DNA from: Saprolegnia diclina VS20
Taxonomy: Eukaryota
Assembly (NCBI RefSeq): GCF_000281045.1
Contig: NW_008246099.1
Coordinates: forward strand, 498,514-562,513
Length of the DNA: 64,000 nt
Reading direction: 5' to 3'
Shown piece by piece: positions 12,769 through 23,312 of this stretch (the first letter of the stretch is position 1; each line of letters begins with the position of its first letter). The notes under the pieces were generated by a model. It made no database searches, was not told the DNA's origin, and saw only the letters and a program-made list of their open reading frames with translations. The position numbers and the translations under genes were made by a program.

Positions 12769-15195
12769 CTACGTCGCGTATTCGCCGCCATCGAGCTCCT
12801 GAGTCCAGTCAAACGGCTGCCACATCGCGAGGAAGTCGCGGACGCGGTCCTTCTCGGCGTCAAACGAGGCGTGGTACTTGCCATATCGGCGCGGGTCGAC
12901 CTCGAGGATGCCCGAGAGGATGTCCATGCCAAAGTCTTTCGGGAATTGCGCCGCGTCTTCAATGATGTGACCGTACCCACCGTTCGACCACTCGACGTGA
13001 AAGTAGGCGAATTGCTACAGCATTCGACACTGGATGAAGTCGCCATCATCGATGGACCATACCGGCGGGATCGAGCGTTGGAGCCCCTTCTCGGTCGTGT
13101 CGATGACCTTCTTGTGCGTCGCCCACTCTTCGTCGCATTCGACCAAGCCTTGCTTAAAGTACATGGGCACGTCCGGCTCCAATTGCAGCGGCACGGGCAC
13201 GCACTCGATGACCGTGTGACGCTTCTTGGCTGGGTCCATCGTCGTCTCGAGAAAAACAACTGCGGAGCCCGAGGCCGCCCACATGGAGCGCAGCGCCTAC
13301 GACAGTGCATATTACGCGATCAAGTAATCCACGATTGTGTACCTTCTTGAAGCGTTCAATCTCGGCGACCGTGTTTTCGTCGGCCGCCGTCGTCGACGCG
13401 AGGTGTTCCATGGGGGCGATGATGCACTGACCGGGCACGATCGTCGCGGCCGACGGCAGCGCGACGTATGCATACTCGCCCATCGCAATCATGAGGTGCT
13501 TCTTGAAGCTCTCGCTCTTCATACAGAACCAACAGCGCTGCATGGCCGTGTCCCACTGCATCCGGCTCTTGAGCATTTGCCGCTCCGAGCTCTGGACGAA
13601 CGCGCGCTCCGTGAGCCGGTCCTTCGCATCCCGGTATAGCCGCATGTCGACCGCATCTTCCTCGTCGAGGCCGCTCGCACTTGCACCTTTGACGTCCGAG
13701 TGATTGTAGCGCGTCCCCAGGCGCATGACGTTCTGCGCATGAACCGAGTCCATATCTGGCGCGTTGCGCTCGTTTCGAACGAGCTCTTCGAGACTCAAGT
13801 GTGCACCGCTGTCGACAGTGCTACGCTTGCCCTTCTTGGAGCCAGGCTTGAGATCCTCGGGCCGCATTGGCACCCGGGCGCGCTGACGAGATGCCATGGC
13901 CGGCGCAGACGCGTGGATTTCGTCGCGCTCGGCTTCATTGAGCTGCGCCGTAAAGCGCTCAAAGTTGACAAGGTCGCCGCGCATCTTGGCCTTGAGTGCA
14001 CGCGCGGCAAGCTGGTTCAAGTCGATCGCACCCGACTCTAAACGAGGTACTTCTTCCGTCAAAACAGACGTCGGCGCCTGCGTTGACGCTTCCTCGACGA
14101 CGGCAATTTCTTCAGTGGCGATAGGTGTCGCTCGGGGAGCTGTCAGTGACCCGTACAAAAACGCCGCACGTCTCTTCGCTTCCTCTTCGGGCTCCGAGTT
14201 GACGGGGCTCGGCGACCGACGGGACCGACTGCGACTGCGTCGACGCGGACTCGGCAACCGACGTCGGGTTCGATCCCGACTGCGATCACGGGATCGACGT
14301 CGGTTACGGTCGTCTCTGCGGCGCACGGGCTGCCCGCGGCGGCGTGTATCGTCGTCGCTGTCCGGAAGCTTCGAATAATCGATAGGCTCCTCGTCATCCT
14401 CGGCGTATTGTTTGGCACCCTCCTTATCGCCGCTGCTTGTTGCCAAGGCCGACGACGAAAGCCCCGAGCGCTCGATGCGCTTGTTGTACTTCTCAATAAG
14501 AGACTTGTCGCCACCCGAAGAAGATGCGTCACGTCGTCGTTGCTGGTCCGAATCGCGATGACGCTTGTAGTGCAGGTGCGCGTCCATGCGGGCGCCGCGC
14601 GCTTGCTCCTCGAGCATTTGCAGGTCCATGCCATACTGCGCCTGAACGACGGATTCCAGGGATTGACCCGTCTCCCGCGCGCGGTCCTTCGCCCGCTGCA
14701 GCATCTTGGCCTTCCAGCTCGCACCGCCGTCGCCGACAGTTGCGTCCACGGGCGCGGCCATCATGGCCACTTGCTCGACTTTCTTGGGGTCGTAGAGGCC
14801 GTAGAGAAGACCTGTGTTGGGTTCGCGCTTCCCGTTGTCAATCTCCTCCTGAAGCGTTGCAGCTTCGTCGGCCTTTCGCTGGTCGTCGACCGAGAGCTCC
14901 ACCTTACGTGGCCCCGACACGAAGTCCTGCCACACATACACGATCACTACAGGAGCCAGAGCTTGCACACACCATGTCCATCCATTCGTCGCGCTTGAGC
15001 AGCGACGGCGTTGGGGCCGGCGGCGATGGAGGCGCGTCCTTCTGTGTGATGAGCCGTGGTCATCAAGCATGAAGAACGTACCTTCTTCTTGTGCTTCTTG
15101 GACTCCTTCTTGTGCTTCTTGGCCTTCTTCTTGCTGCTCTCGTCGTCCGAGTCGGCGTTCGCGACGAAGCGGATCCCGGACAAGAGCGACGACAT
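12769..15195 (-). CDS. CWF19L2: CWF19-like protein 2 (CwfJ C-terminal domains), spliceosome/lariat-associated, multi-exon
   Basis: VGDGGASWKAKMLQRA, DLNQLAARALKAKMRG, CWFC...KHLMIAMGEYAYVALP, HTVIECVPVP, YFHVEW...GYGHIIED...FPKDFG...PFDWT. Confidence 0.9.
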
Positions 15196-15447
15196 GCTTG
15201 CTGTTTCGCACCGGTCCTCGACTGCCTCCAGTCCCCAGCGTTGAGTTGAGTTTGGCCCCTACAAACATAAATACTGAAAATTGAGTTCCGGGCACCGGTA
15301 TTTGAGTTGAGCATCGGAAGTCCCATGATTGGCGGATTGGCTGAAACGTAATAAGCCAATCCGAACGCACCATTTGCCACCCGCACCCCCGCATTCAAAC
15401 CCACGTCGTTGATAAGTATACGTGCCAGGCGTCGGTGGTCTTTTAGA

Positions 15448-15577
15448 NNNNNNNNNNNNNNNNNNNNNNNNNNNNNNNNNNNNNNNNNNNNNNNNNNNNN
15501 NNNNNNNNNNNNNNNNNNNNNNNNNNNNNNNNNNNNNNNNNNNNNNNNNNNNNNNNNNNNNNNNNNNNNNNNNNNNN
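15448..15577. other. Assembly gap (130 N)
   Basis: Run of N. Confidence 1.
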
Positions 15578-15592
15578 GTGTCAAAACTACAC

Positions 15593-17105
15593 CTACTGAT
15601 CAAGCGGTTGGGCTTTGAAGAAGCGTTCAATCAATGCCAGTGACGCCTTGGGCTGGTTCGTCGGCACCATGTGGCCCGCCTCGTAGACGCGTACAAAACT
15701 CAGGCTCGAGATGGAGCGGACTTCGCCGTAGCTGGCCCCATCCACAACAAGCGGCTGCACCGTCGCATTATTGAACGCGGCTTGGCCGGGCCAAACGACA
15801 TCTTTCGTCCACGCCTCGTTGCCGACCCAGTTGCACATGATGTCGGCGTCGCCTGCGTAAATGAGCACACGGACTCCATGCGCGAGAAGGTCCGGCACGT
15901 AGCTCACGTAGTCTTGCATAAAGTCGGCGCTGAAGTCAGAGTACGTTGTCTCGTTGGTCATGACCCATGGCTTGTGGACACCAAGTGTTGCCTGCGTCGT
16001 CGCCAAATTGAGAAATCGCGCGGCGTTGGCCGTCTCGTCAAAGCACGACTCGCCACAGAGCTCGCGGATGTCATAAGGGTTTCGGTTCATCTGCTGCATG
16101 ACGCCAATGACTGCATCGTCCCAGAGACGCAGCGCATCGAGACAGCTCTGGCGCTGACCGCCGCGACACTGTTGCGCGAGAGCACCGGCGTGAACAGCAT
16201 CCTGAAGCAGCTGGGTGAGCTGGTCCGCGGGCACTAGTGATATGTTGTAGGCGTTCGTGATGGCCAACGCGGGTGTGAGCGGAATCTAATTGCGATCGTA
16301 AGACGACGATGTACCGGTACCATAACGATGGCACCTGCGTGACAGGGTCAGTCAATCCGTTACCGACCGAGATGCCTTGCAGGTTGATATGGACCTTGTG
16401 GTGGCGCGACGCCAGCGGCTCGAGCTGCGCATTTAGGATGTAATGCCCGGCGGCAGGCACGTAGTGCCCAGCGTAGCTCTCACCCGTGATAAAGAACGGG
16501 CTTTTCGCGTACTTGGGGTGTTTCGTCAGGAACTCTTGCAGGAACGCGTAAATGTTGCGGCCAACGTCGACTTGATTGTGGTCGTCGTCCTTGTCGCTCG
16601 TCGTGTACGAGAAGCCGACGCCCGTTGGCTGATCGAGCCAAATGACGTTGGCGTGCGACGTCCACGAGTACGGATTGTATATCGTTGTCAGGTTGTCGCT
16701 GATCGAGCATGGACCGTTCTCAGTGAGAAGTGCAATCATCGACGACGACCCGGGGCCACCGGTGAGCCAGAGCACGAGTGGGTCCGTCGCTGGGTTGGAG
16801 CGCGACTCGAAGAACCAATAGAAGTAGTGGTCGTCAACCTTGTGCGACAGCTGCACATAGCCGGCCTCTTGGTACGTCGCATCACAGAACAATGAGCCGT
16901 TGAGTTTTGTGGCCGTCGTCCACGACCCGGTCGCGTGGGCAGCGACGGGTGGCGCTACCGTTGCATGCTCATGGACGTGGTACGTGGCACCGAGGAGCGC
17001 TGCAATGCTGACCCCAGCAAGAAAAAACTTCCCAAACCACGACGACGACGAGGGCTTTTGTGGCGCGGCCACGACAACTCGGAAGAGCGGCGCTTGCTCA
17101 GTCAT
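15593..17105 (-). CDS. Serine carboxypeptidase, peptidase family S10 (copy A), 1 intron near 16287-16335
   Basis: WLTGGPGSSS, LDQPTGVGFS, catalytic GESYAG, GDADIMCN and AGHMVP; N-terminal hydrophobic anchor. Confidence 0.95.
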
Positions 17106-18003
17106 TTGAAGACAATTGCACAATGGAGGCGCGCAGTTGAAGCTGAGTGCGATGATGGCTACTCCACTGTACTCTACTCATTTCGCGATACTAGTAGATG
17201 GGCACCGGCTGCTACCGCACTGCCAACCTCCAGTTGCGACTTTGCTGGACGGTCATCGATGGCTGCGAAGGCACCATCGCAATGTGCAGCGGTATGTGTG
17301 GTTTGTCGTTGCATTTCGCTCGAGAGCCATAGCGTTTGACGATCCGGAGCGCGCGGCGACGGTCCAACAACATTTGGGCAGGTGCAACTCAGCTCCGACT
17401 TCGATTTTTAACCGACGCAGATGCATGATTGTTCCGCGGATACTAAGGTCAGCAAGGTATGATCATGGGCTCCTTCGGCAGCGTGCGACGACAAAAATGG
17501 AATGCTCGATGTTTGCTTACGAAACCAGCGGCAGTAGGTAGAGGCACGATGAGCTCGCCGTTTCCTACGAACAAGCGCTTGCGATGATTTTGCTGAGGTA
17601 CTACTACACTGCAGGTTAGTAATAGCATCGGCAGCTGCTCCGTGTGGTTTGTATTGTATGCGCTTCAAGATCGCCTGCTCGGAATGACGATCGTTCAAGA
17701 TCGTCATTCCAAAACCACTAATTCGGGGTCTAGACAGGCCTATGATAAACATGAGAATAGTGTTTGTATGCTAACAAATACGTAGGAGCTTCTCCCATCG
17801 ATGTTACCACCGCGCCACGGACTGCAATTGTACGCTGTACAGAGCACAGACATATATGTGTCTTTTGTCTGTGTCAGGGGACACTTTACGTGATTTACCA
17901 ATATGTATGTGCCATTTGCCTTTGCCTCCCGGTCGTGTTTAATTTAATGTGACACACTACACACAAAATAGTGTTGAACACGATTGACGTGCGCCAGTCT
18001 GCA

Positions 18004-18020
18004 GCTCATTCCACAACGTT
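18004..18020 (+). promoter_or_regulatory. Oomycete-type initiator (INR-like) core promoter element
   Basis: GCTCATTCCACAACGTT directly upstream of ATG 18023; similar elements near 2753, 12008, 53544 and 60781. Confidence 0.55.
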
Positions 18021-18022
18021 CC

Positions 18023-19429
18023 ATGTCGACGACCGAGAAGTCCCCGCTATTCAGCGTGCAAGTAAAGCCCCGAAAGGCGCCCGAAGCCAGCTACAAGAAG
18101 TGGCTCCTGGCTATTGGCGCTGCTGGTGTCATCGCCGCCCTCGCGCTCTTGACGCTGTCACGCGGGCCGTCACCGTCGACTGACTTTTGCGACGCGACGT
18201 TCCAAGAATCCGGTTACATCAAACTGCCGCACAAGGTCGATGACCACTACTTCTACTGGTTCTTCGAGTCGCGCTCCAACCCAGCGACGGACCCACTCGT
18301 GCTCTGGCTCACCGGCGGCCCCGGCGGGTCGTCGATGGTCGCGCTCCTCACGGAGAACGGCCCTTGCACTATCGATGCGAACCTCAACACGGTCGACAAC
18401 CCGCACTCGTGGACGTCGCACGCCAACGTCATTTGGCTCGACCAGCCAACGGGCGTCGGCTTCTCGTACACGACGAGCGACAAGGACGACGACCACAATC
18501 AAGTCGACGTTGGCCGCAACATTTACGCGTTCCTGCAAGAGTTCCTGACGAAACACCCCAAGTACGCGAAAAGCCCGTTCTTTATCACGGGCGAGAGCTA
18601 CGCTGGGCACTACGTCCCTGCGGCCGCACACTACATAGTGGGCATGGCTAACGCGACCAGCGATGTGCGCATCAACCTCCAGGGCATCGCAATCGGCAAC
18701 GGCATGACGGACACCATCACGCAGATTCCGTACTCGGCGCACATGGCGCGCGGCAACAAGTACATCGATCTCGCATCCCCAGAAGGCTTTGTGACCCTCA
18801 AGGCTGAAGCCGCTGCGTGCGGGAAGCTCGTCGTGCTGTGCCAAACCAACGACTCGGTGTGTCCCGAGGCGACGCAGTACTGGGGCGAGCATATCTTGGG
18901 CCCGATGATGAGCTACAACAACAAGACGGGCAACCCGTACGACATTCGCGAAGACTGCTCCGCCGGCGGCTGCGTCGACCACGTCGCCAACGCTCGCGCC
19001 TTTCTCAACACGCCGGCCGTGCAGTCGCGCCTCGGGGTGCACGACAACATGACGTGGACCGAGGTCGCGATGCGTGTCTATGGCGACTTCAGCATTGACT
19101 TTATGAAGGATTACGTATCGTTCGTGCCGCCCGTGCTCGCGGCCGGTGTCCGCGTCATGGTGTACGCGGGCGACGCCGATCTCATGTGCAACTGGGTCGG
19201 CAACGAAGCGTGGACCAAGACTTTGCAGTGGCCCGGGAAAGCCGCCTTCAACAACGTGAGTGTGAGCCCCCTTCTCGTCAACGGCAAGGAGGCCGGAAAC
19301 GTGCGGGCCACGGACCTCCTCAGCTTCGTTCGTGTCTTCGAGGCTGGCCACATGGTCCCCATGGACCAACCGCAGGTGTCGTTGACGCTCATGGACCGCT
19401 TCTTCAACAACGCGCGCTTGGACGCGTAG
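18023..19429 (+). CDS. Serine carboxypeptidase, peptidase family S10 (copy B), intronless
   Basis: WLTGGPGGSS, GESYAG, GDADLMCN, AGHMVP; N-terminal TM WLLAIGAAGVIAALALLTL. Confidence 0.95.
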   Translation: MSTTEKSPLFSVQVKPRKAPEASYKKWLLAIGAAGVIAALALLTLSRGPSPSTDFCDATFQESGYIKLPHKVDDHYFYWFFESRSNPATDPLVLWLTGGPGGSSMVALLTENGPCTIDANLNTVDNPHSWTSHANVIWLDQPTGVGFSYTTSDKDDDHNQVDVGRNIYAFLQEFLTKHPKYAKSPFFITGESYAGHYVPAAAHYIVGMANATSDVRINLQGIAIGNGMTDTITQIPYSAHMARGNKYIDLASPEGFVTLKAEAAACGKLVVLCQTNDSVCPEATQYWGEHILGPMMSYNNKTGNPYDIREDCSAGGCVDHVANARAFLNTPAVQSRLGVHDNMTWTEVAMRVYGDFSIDFMKDYVSFVPPVLAAGVRVMVYAGDADLMCNWVGNEAWTKTLQWPGKAAFNNVSVSPLLVNGKEAGNVRATDLLSFVRVFEAGHMVPMDQPQVSLTLMDRFFNNARLDA

Positions 19430-19611
19430 GAGACACAACGTCGGTTTTGACATTTTTCTAGTCCGCGAAGACTTACTAACTGGTGATAGTACCGTCATCC
19501 ATGCCGTGTTGAGTTCTCGTCACTGGATCAGGGCCTGGGCTGGCACGTTTGAGCACAACTTGACATTTGGTGTGATTTTTGGACCATGCAACAAGCAAAC
19601 CACAACCTTTA

Positions 19612-21390
19612 TTACTCGATGGCCGCGCCCATGCGTGCGAGACGGACGTTGGTAATACCCTCAAGGCCCTGAATCCGAGCCAGAGTCTCGTCCGTCATGT
19701 CATCGTCGAGCGTGAGAATGCCGAGCGCGAGCGGCTGGTTGGTCTGGCGCGCGAGGCCCATGGACGCAATGTTGATCTTGGCCAATGCCAGCTGCTGCAA
19801 CACGTGGCTGATCGCGCCGGGCTTGTCTTGGTTGTTGAAGAAAAGGAGTGTGCCATTGGGCTTGAACGCAGGGAACTCGGTGTACTCGTCGACCTGCACA
19901 ATGCGCGGCTCCTCGCCAAAGACACTGCCGACGACCGTGAGCTTCAAACCACCCTTGAGCTCGACCTCGATATGCACGGCGTTCTTCAGGCGCAGATCCG
20001 AGTCGTTCTCGACGTCGCCCAAGCGAACGTCGACGCCCTGCGCCATCGCAACCAAGCTTGCATTCAGATACGAAAAGGCCGTTTGCGGCTGGGACACCTC
20101 GAGCATACCCTTGAGAAGCGCGGCCTGCAGTGCCGAGCGCGCCTTCGGCGTCGTGATGTCAATGTCCTTGCCGCCAGCCGTCGAGATTGTGAGCTTTCGG
20201 AGGTCCTTTCGGCTTGCAGGCGGTAGCAGCTCCATGACGAAGCGGCCGAGGCTCTCCGAGAGTGCAAGGAATGGTTTCATCTCAGGTACGAGCGTCAGCG
20301 GCATGAAGACGCCGTTGACGACACCAGGGAACGCACGCTCATCGAGCGCCGCACACATGTTTTCCGCAATCATCTTGTACATGCGCGCCGATTCGTCCGA
20401 CGTCGCGTCGGCGTCGTACGGAGCGACAACCGCCGACGGGTGCGAGAGCACGGGCGACCACGCATCGACCTGAACGTCTGGCGACGGCATCTCGAGCGCA
20501 ATGCCGCCAATGTGCTCGGTAGCCAAACCGTCGGCGACTGCACCGGCGTCAAGGACACCAAAGCCGCCGACAGCGACGAGGCGGACACCGCGCTTGCAGT
20601 GGGCCAGCGCGGAAGCGTTGAACATCTGCCGCGTCCGGCTAGTGAGCGGGACGTGGAAGGTAAGCACGTCACTCGTCGCGTAGAGCTCAGGGAGCGTCGC
20701 GCACTTGGCGATTCCCGAGAGCGCGGCGGCCTCTTCCGAGACGGTCGGGTCGTACGCAAGGACGCGCATGCCCATTGCCGTGGCCAGCTCACCGACTCGC
20801 TGACCCGTCTCATTGAGGCCAATGATCCCGATCGCCTTGCCTTGGAGCTCTTCGCCCGTGAACGCATTCGTGTCAGCGTCGATACTCGTGCTACGTGTGG
20901 CGGCGACAGCACGGGGAATCTTACGCATGATTTGGAGAAGGAAGCTCAACACCATCTCAGCTTCCACAGCCGACTTTCCACCGACCTTGGTACTGATGTT
21001 CTGCACCATGACGCCCTTGTTCGTCGCGGCGAGGATGTCGACGTGCGCAGTCTGCGCGCCGGGGACACCAATGAGTTTGAGGCGTGTTGCGTGCGTGAGG
21101 AGGTCCGAGAGCGGCAGTCGCGTCTGGCGGTCCATGAGCATCGCATCGTACTTGGAAAGATCAGCGCCATCGGGTGCGAGCGCCTCGATCAGGCTCGCGC
21201 TCGACATCTCGTCAACATGAAGGCCTTGCTGAAGGAATTCGTCGATGCAGACGCGGTCGGTGACGTCGAGGCAGAGCACGTGCTTGGGCGCGGTAGACGC
21301 CGCTACGTTCGTCGCCTTGTGCGATTGCACGGCGAGGCTCGTGAGCGACCGCGCGCTCTGGCGCAGTGGGCGGCGAAGGAAGGCTCGCAT
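19612..21390 (-). CDS. D-3-phosphoglycerate dehydrogenase-like protein (type I: substrate/NAD domains + ASB + ACT), degenerate active site, probable mitochondrial presequence
   Basis: FTGEELQGKAIGIIG, SDVLTFHVPLTSRTRQM, ACT-like NQDKPGAI...KINIASMGLAR; Arg/Ser-rich acid-free N-terminus MRAFLRRPLRQSARSLTS. Confidence 0.85.
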   Translation of the reverse strand: MRAFLRRPLRQSARSLTSLAVQSHKATNVAASTAPKHVLCLDVTDRVCIDEFLQQGLHVDEMSSASLIEALAPDGADLSKYDAMLMDRQTRLPLSDLLTHATRLKLIGVPGAQTAHVDILAATNKGVMVQNISTKVGGKSAVEAEMVLSFLLQIMRKIPRAVAATRSTSIDADTNAFTGEELQGKAIGIIGLNETGQRVGELATAMGMRVLAYDPTVSEEAAALSGIAKCATLPELYATSDVLTFHVPLTSRTRQMFNASALAHCKRGVRLVAVGGFGVLDAGAVADGLATEHIGGIALEMPSPDVQVDAWSPVLSHPSAVVAPYDADATSDESARMYKMIAENMCAALDERAFPGVVNGVFMPLTLVPEMKPFLALSESLGRFVMELLPPASRKDLRKLTISTAGGKDIDITTPKARSALQAALLKGMLEVSQPQTAFSYLNASLVAMAQGVDVRLGDVENDSDLRLKNAVHIEVELKGGLKLTVVGSVFGEEPRIVQVDEYTEFPAFKPNGTLLFFNNQDKPGAISHVLQQLALAKINIASMGLARQTNQPLALGILTLDDDMTDETLARIQGLEGITNVRLARMGAAIE

Positions 21391-21606
21391 GCTTCGCTTC
21401 TGGTACCAATGGTGTCGAAAATGGAATGTGATGTGAACTTGCGATCTAACCGAGAGAGCGTTGCTGATTGGGCAAAAAGATCGGATTTCGGCGTTTGACG
21501 CAATCCACGCAGCTTCTTCAATGTATTTTTGACCAATAGGAAGCATCAATTTCTTTGCTTATGAATCAAAGCGAAAAAATATCTTGCGGCGCCGACGACG
21601 ACCGTC

Positions 21607-22957
21607 ATGCGAGGAACACTGCCGGCGCTCGCCCTCATATGGCTGAGCATGGGATATGTGGATGGCAGTGGATGTGTCATGACGCAAGACTGCGTGAACC
21701 CGGGCAACATCCCCGACTACGACGCATGCATCCCGAAGGCCCTCGCTTCGATCGCCCCACCCAAGCCAGTACGCTAGGATGCTTGTTCCTAAGTTCATGG
21801 TGATGGTAGATGCGCGGGGACGGATGGGCAACAGGTGCAGTCTCTAACGCTGCGTGTTCGTGTTTGCCTTATGCGCTGGCGGTATCATGTAGTCACGGGC
21901 GGCGGCGCGTGCACGGCGGCCACTGATTGCCACCAAGGCACCTGCGTCAAGAATGCATGCGTCTGCCGGGTGCGACGACTTGAATGTCGTACCAGATATC
22001 AAATCTCACGTGGTTTCTCCTAGAACGATGGCGTGACGGCTGGCACCCACTGCGACGACTTCGCGATCCAATGCCCCGAGTACGAAGGCTCGGCGTGCTG
22101 CTCGTGGCAGCAGAACCGAGCGCTCGCTGACAACTTTAAGCTCATTGCGACCATGTTTGGCCGCAATAGCGCCGGCGGCTGCGACGCATGGTAGAGCCTC
22201 TGCACAAAGCATTTGCTTGCATTGCTTTGATAGCGCCGCCAACATGATGCGCATGTGGTGCGGCCTTGTCTGTGCGCCGAACCAGGCCGACTTTATGAAG
22301 ATGCACTTAACGTACCCGAGCAACAACTACCGCCTCGACTCGATGACCGGGAAAGATCACGTCAAGGTGCTTGAGGTAAGGCGATGATGTTTTTCGTCCT
22401 TGCGTACGATGGGAGCTTATTTAGATGGACGTGAACCTCGCCAAGCCGTTCACGTGCGCGCTCTTTGACTCGTGCAAACACACTGCGATCGCAAGCATGT
22501 CGGACGCCTTCAAGTCGTCGCTCGGTTTCCTCAACTACCAGGGGCAGACCGGCGCCGTTGGCCATGGTGAATACCTCTTTTTTCACTTTGGTACTGTGTT
22601 TCTTGGTCGCTGGCGGACGTCTAACGTCGTCGTGAAGGCGCCAATAGCTCGTACTTTAACACGTCAGCGCTGCGCTGCGACAACTACTCTGAAGTCACGA
22701 CGCCTGACGTATATCGCCGCCTGCCGGCCCAAGCCCAGCGTCTGCCGTCGATGGTCAACCCATTGGCGCCCAAGCAGTGTCCGTGCGGCGCCTGTCGAGC
22801 GACGTGCAGTGCAGACAGCGGCGCGTCGGCGCACATCACGTTGCGAGACAACCCGATCGGGTTTTGGACCGGCTTTGACGTACAGCTCGTGAGCGCCGTG
22901 TACGCTGGCATTGCGCTCTTCACGGGTGCCCTCTACTGGAAGCACAGACTCATGTAG
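21607..22957 (+). CDS. Secreted/type-I membrane protein with NPC1 N-terminal (sterol-binding)-like domain, multi-exon
   Basis: Signal peptide MRGTLPALALIWLSMGYVDG; CVMTQDC; CPEYEGSACCSWQQ; GCDACAANMMRMWCGLVCAPNQADFM; LFDSCK; FLNYQG; CPCGACRATC; one C-terminal TM then stop. Confidence 0.75.
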
Positions 22958-23312
22958 CTCCATATCGATCGTCAATGGTCTGACATTTGTTGGTGATCTT
23001 CTCGCGTCAGCAAGAAAGAGCATTCGTCTTCGCACGTGTCGATGTGGATGAGTCTCAATCGTGCGCTGTGGTATGCTTTGCGACTAGATAGCCGAGAAGC
23101 AAGCATAGTCTACAGGACGCATTCCAAATTTCATTAACGACAACATTGTCGCGGATCTCGAGTACGCTGAACTTAAGAGCCAATGAGGTGTGAGAGCTCG
23201 GCGACGGGGCTAGGGTACACTAGCATTGCAAGTCGTAATGAATTCAAAAAGTTTTCAATACATTTGGCCCATTCATGCACTAGGTACTACTACTTACTAC
23301 ACGTGTCGACGC

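Noticed and set aside
15196..15394. 5' extension of the 746-aa ORF as the CWF19L2 start
   Set aside because: Non-ATG start running through promoter-like, CCAAT-containing DNA; the ATG at 15195 plus an intron gives a more plausible N-terminus.
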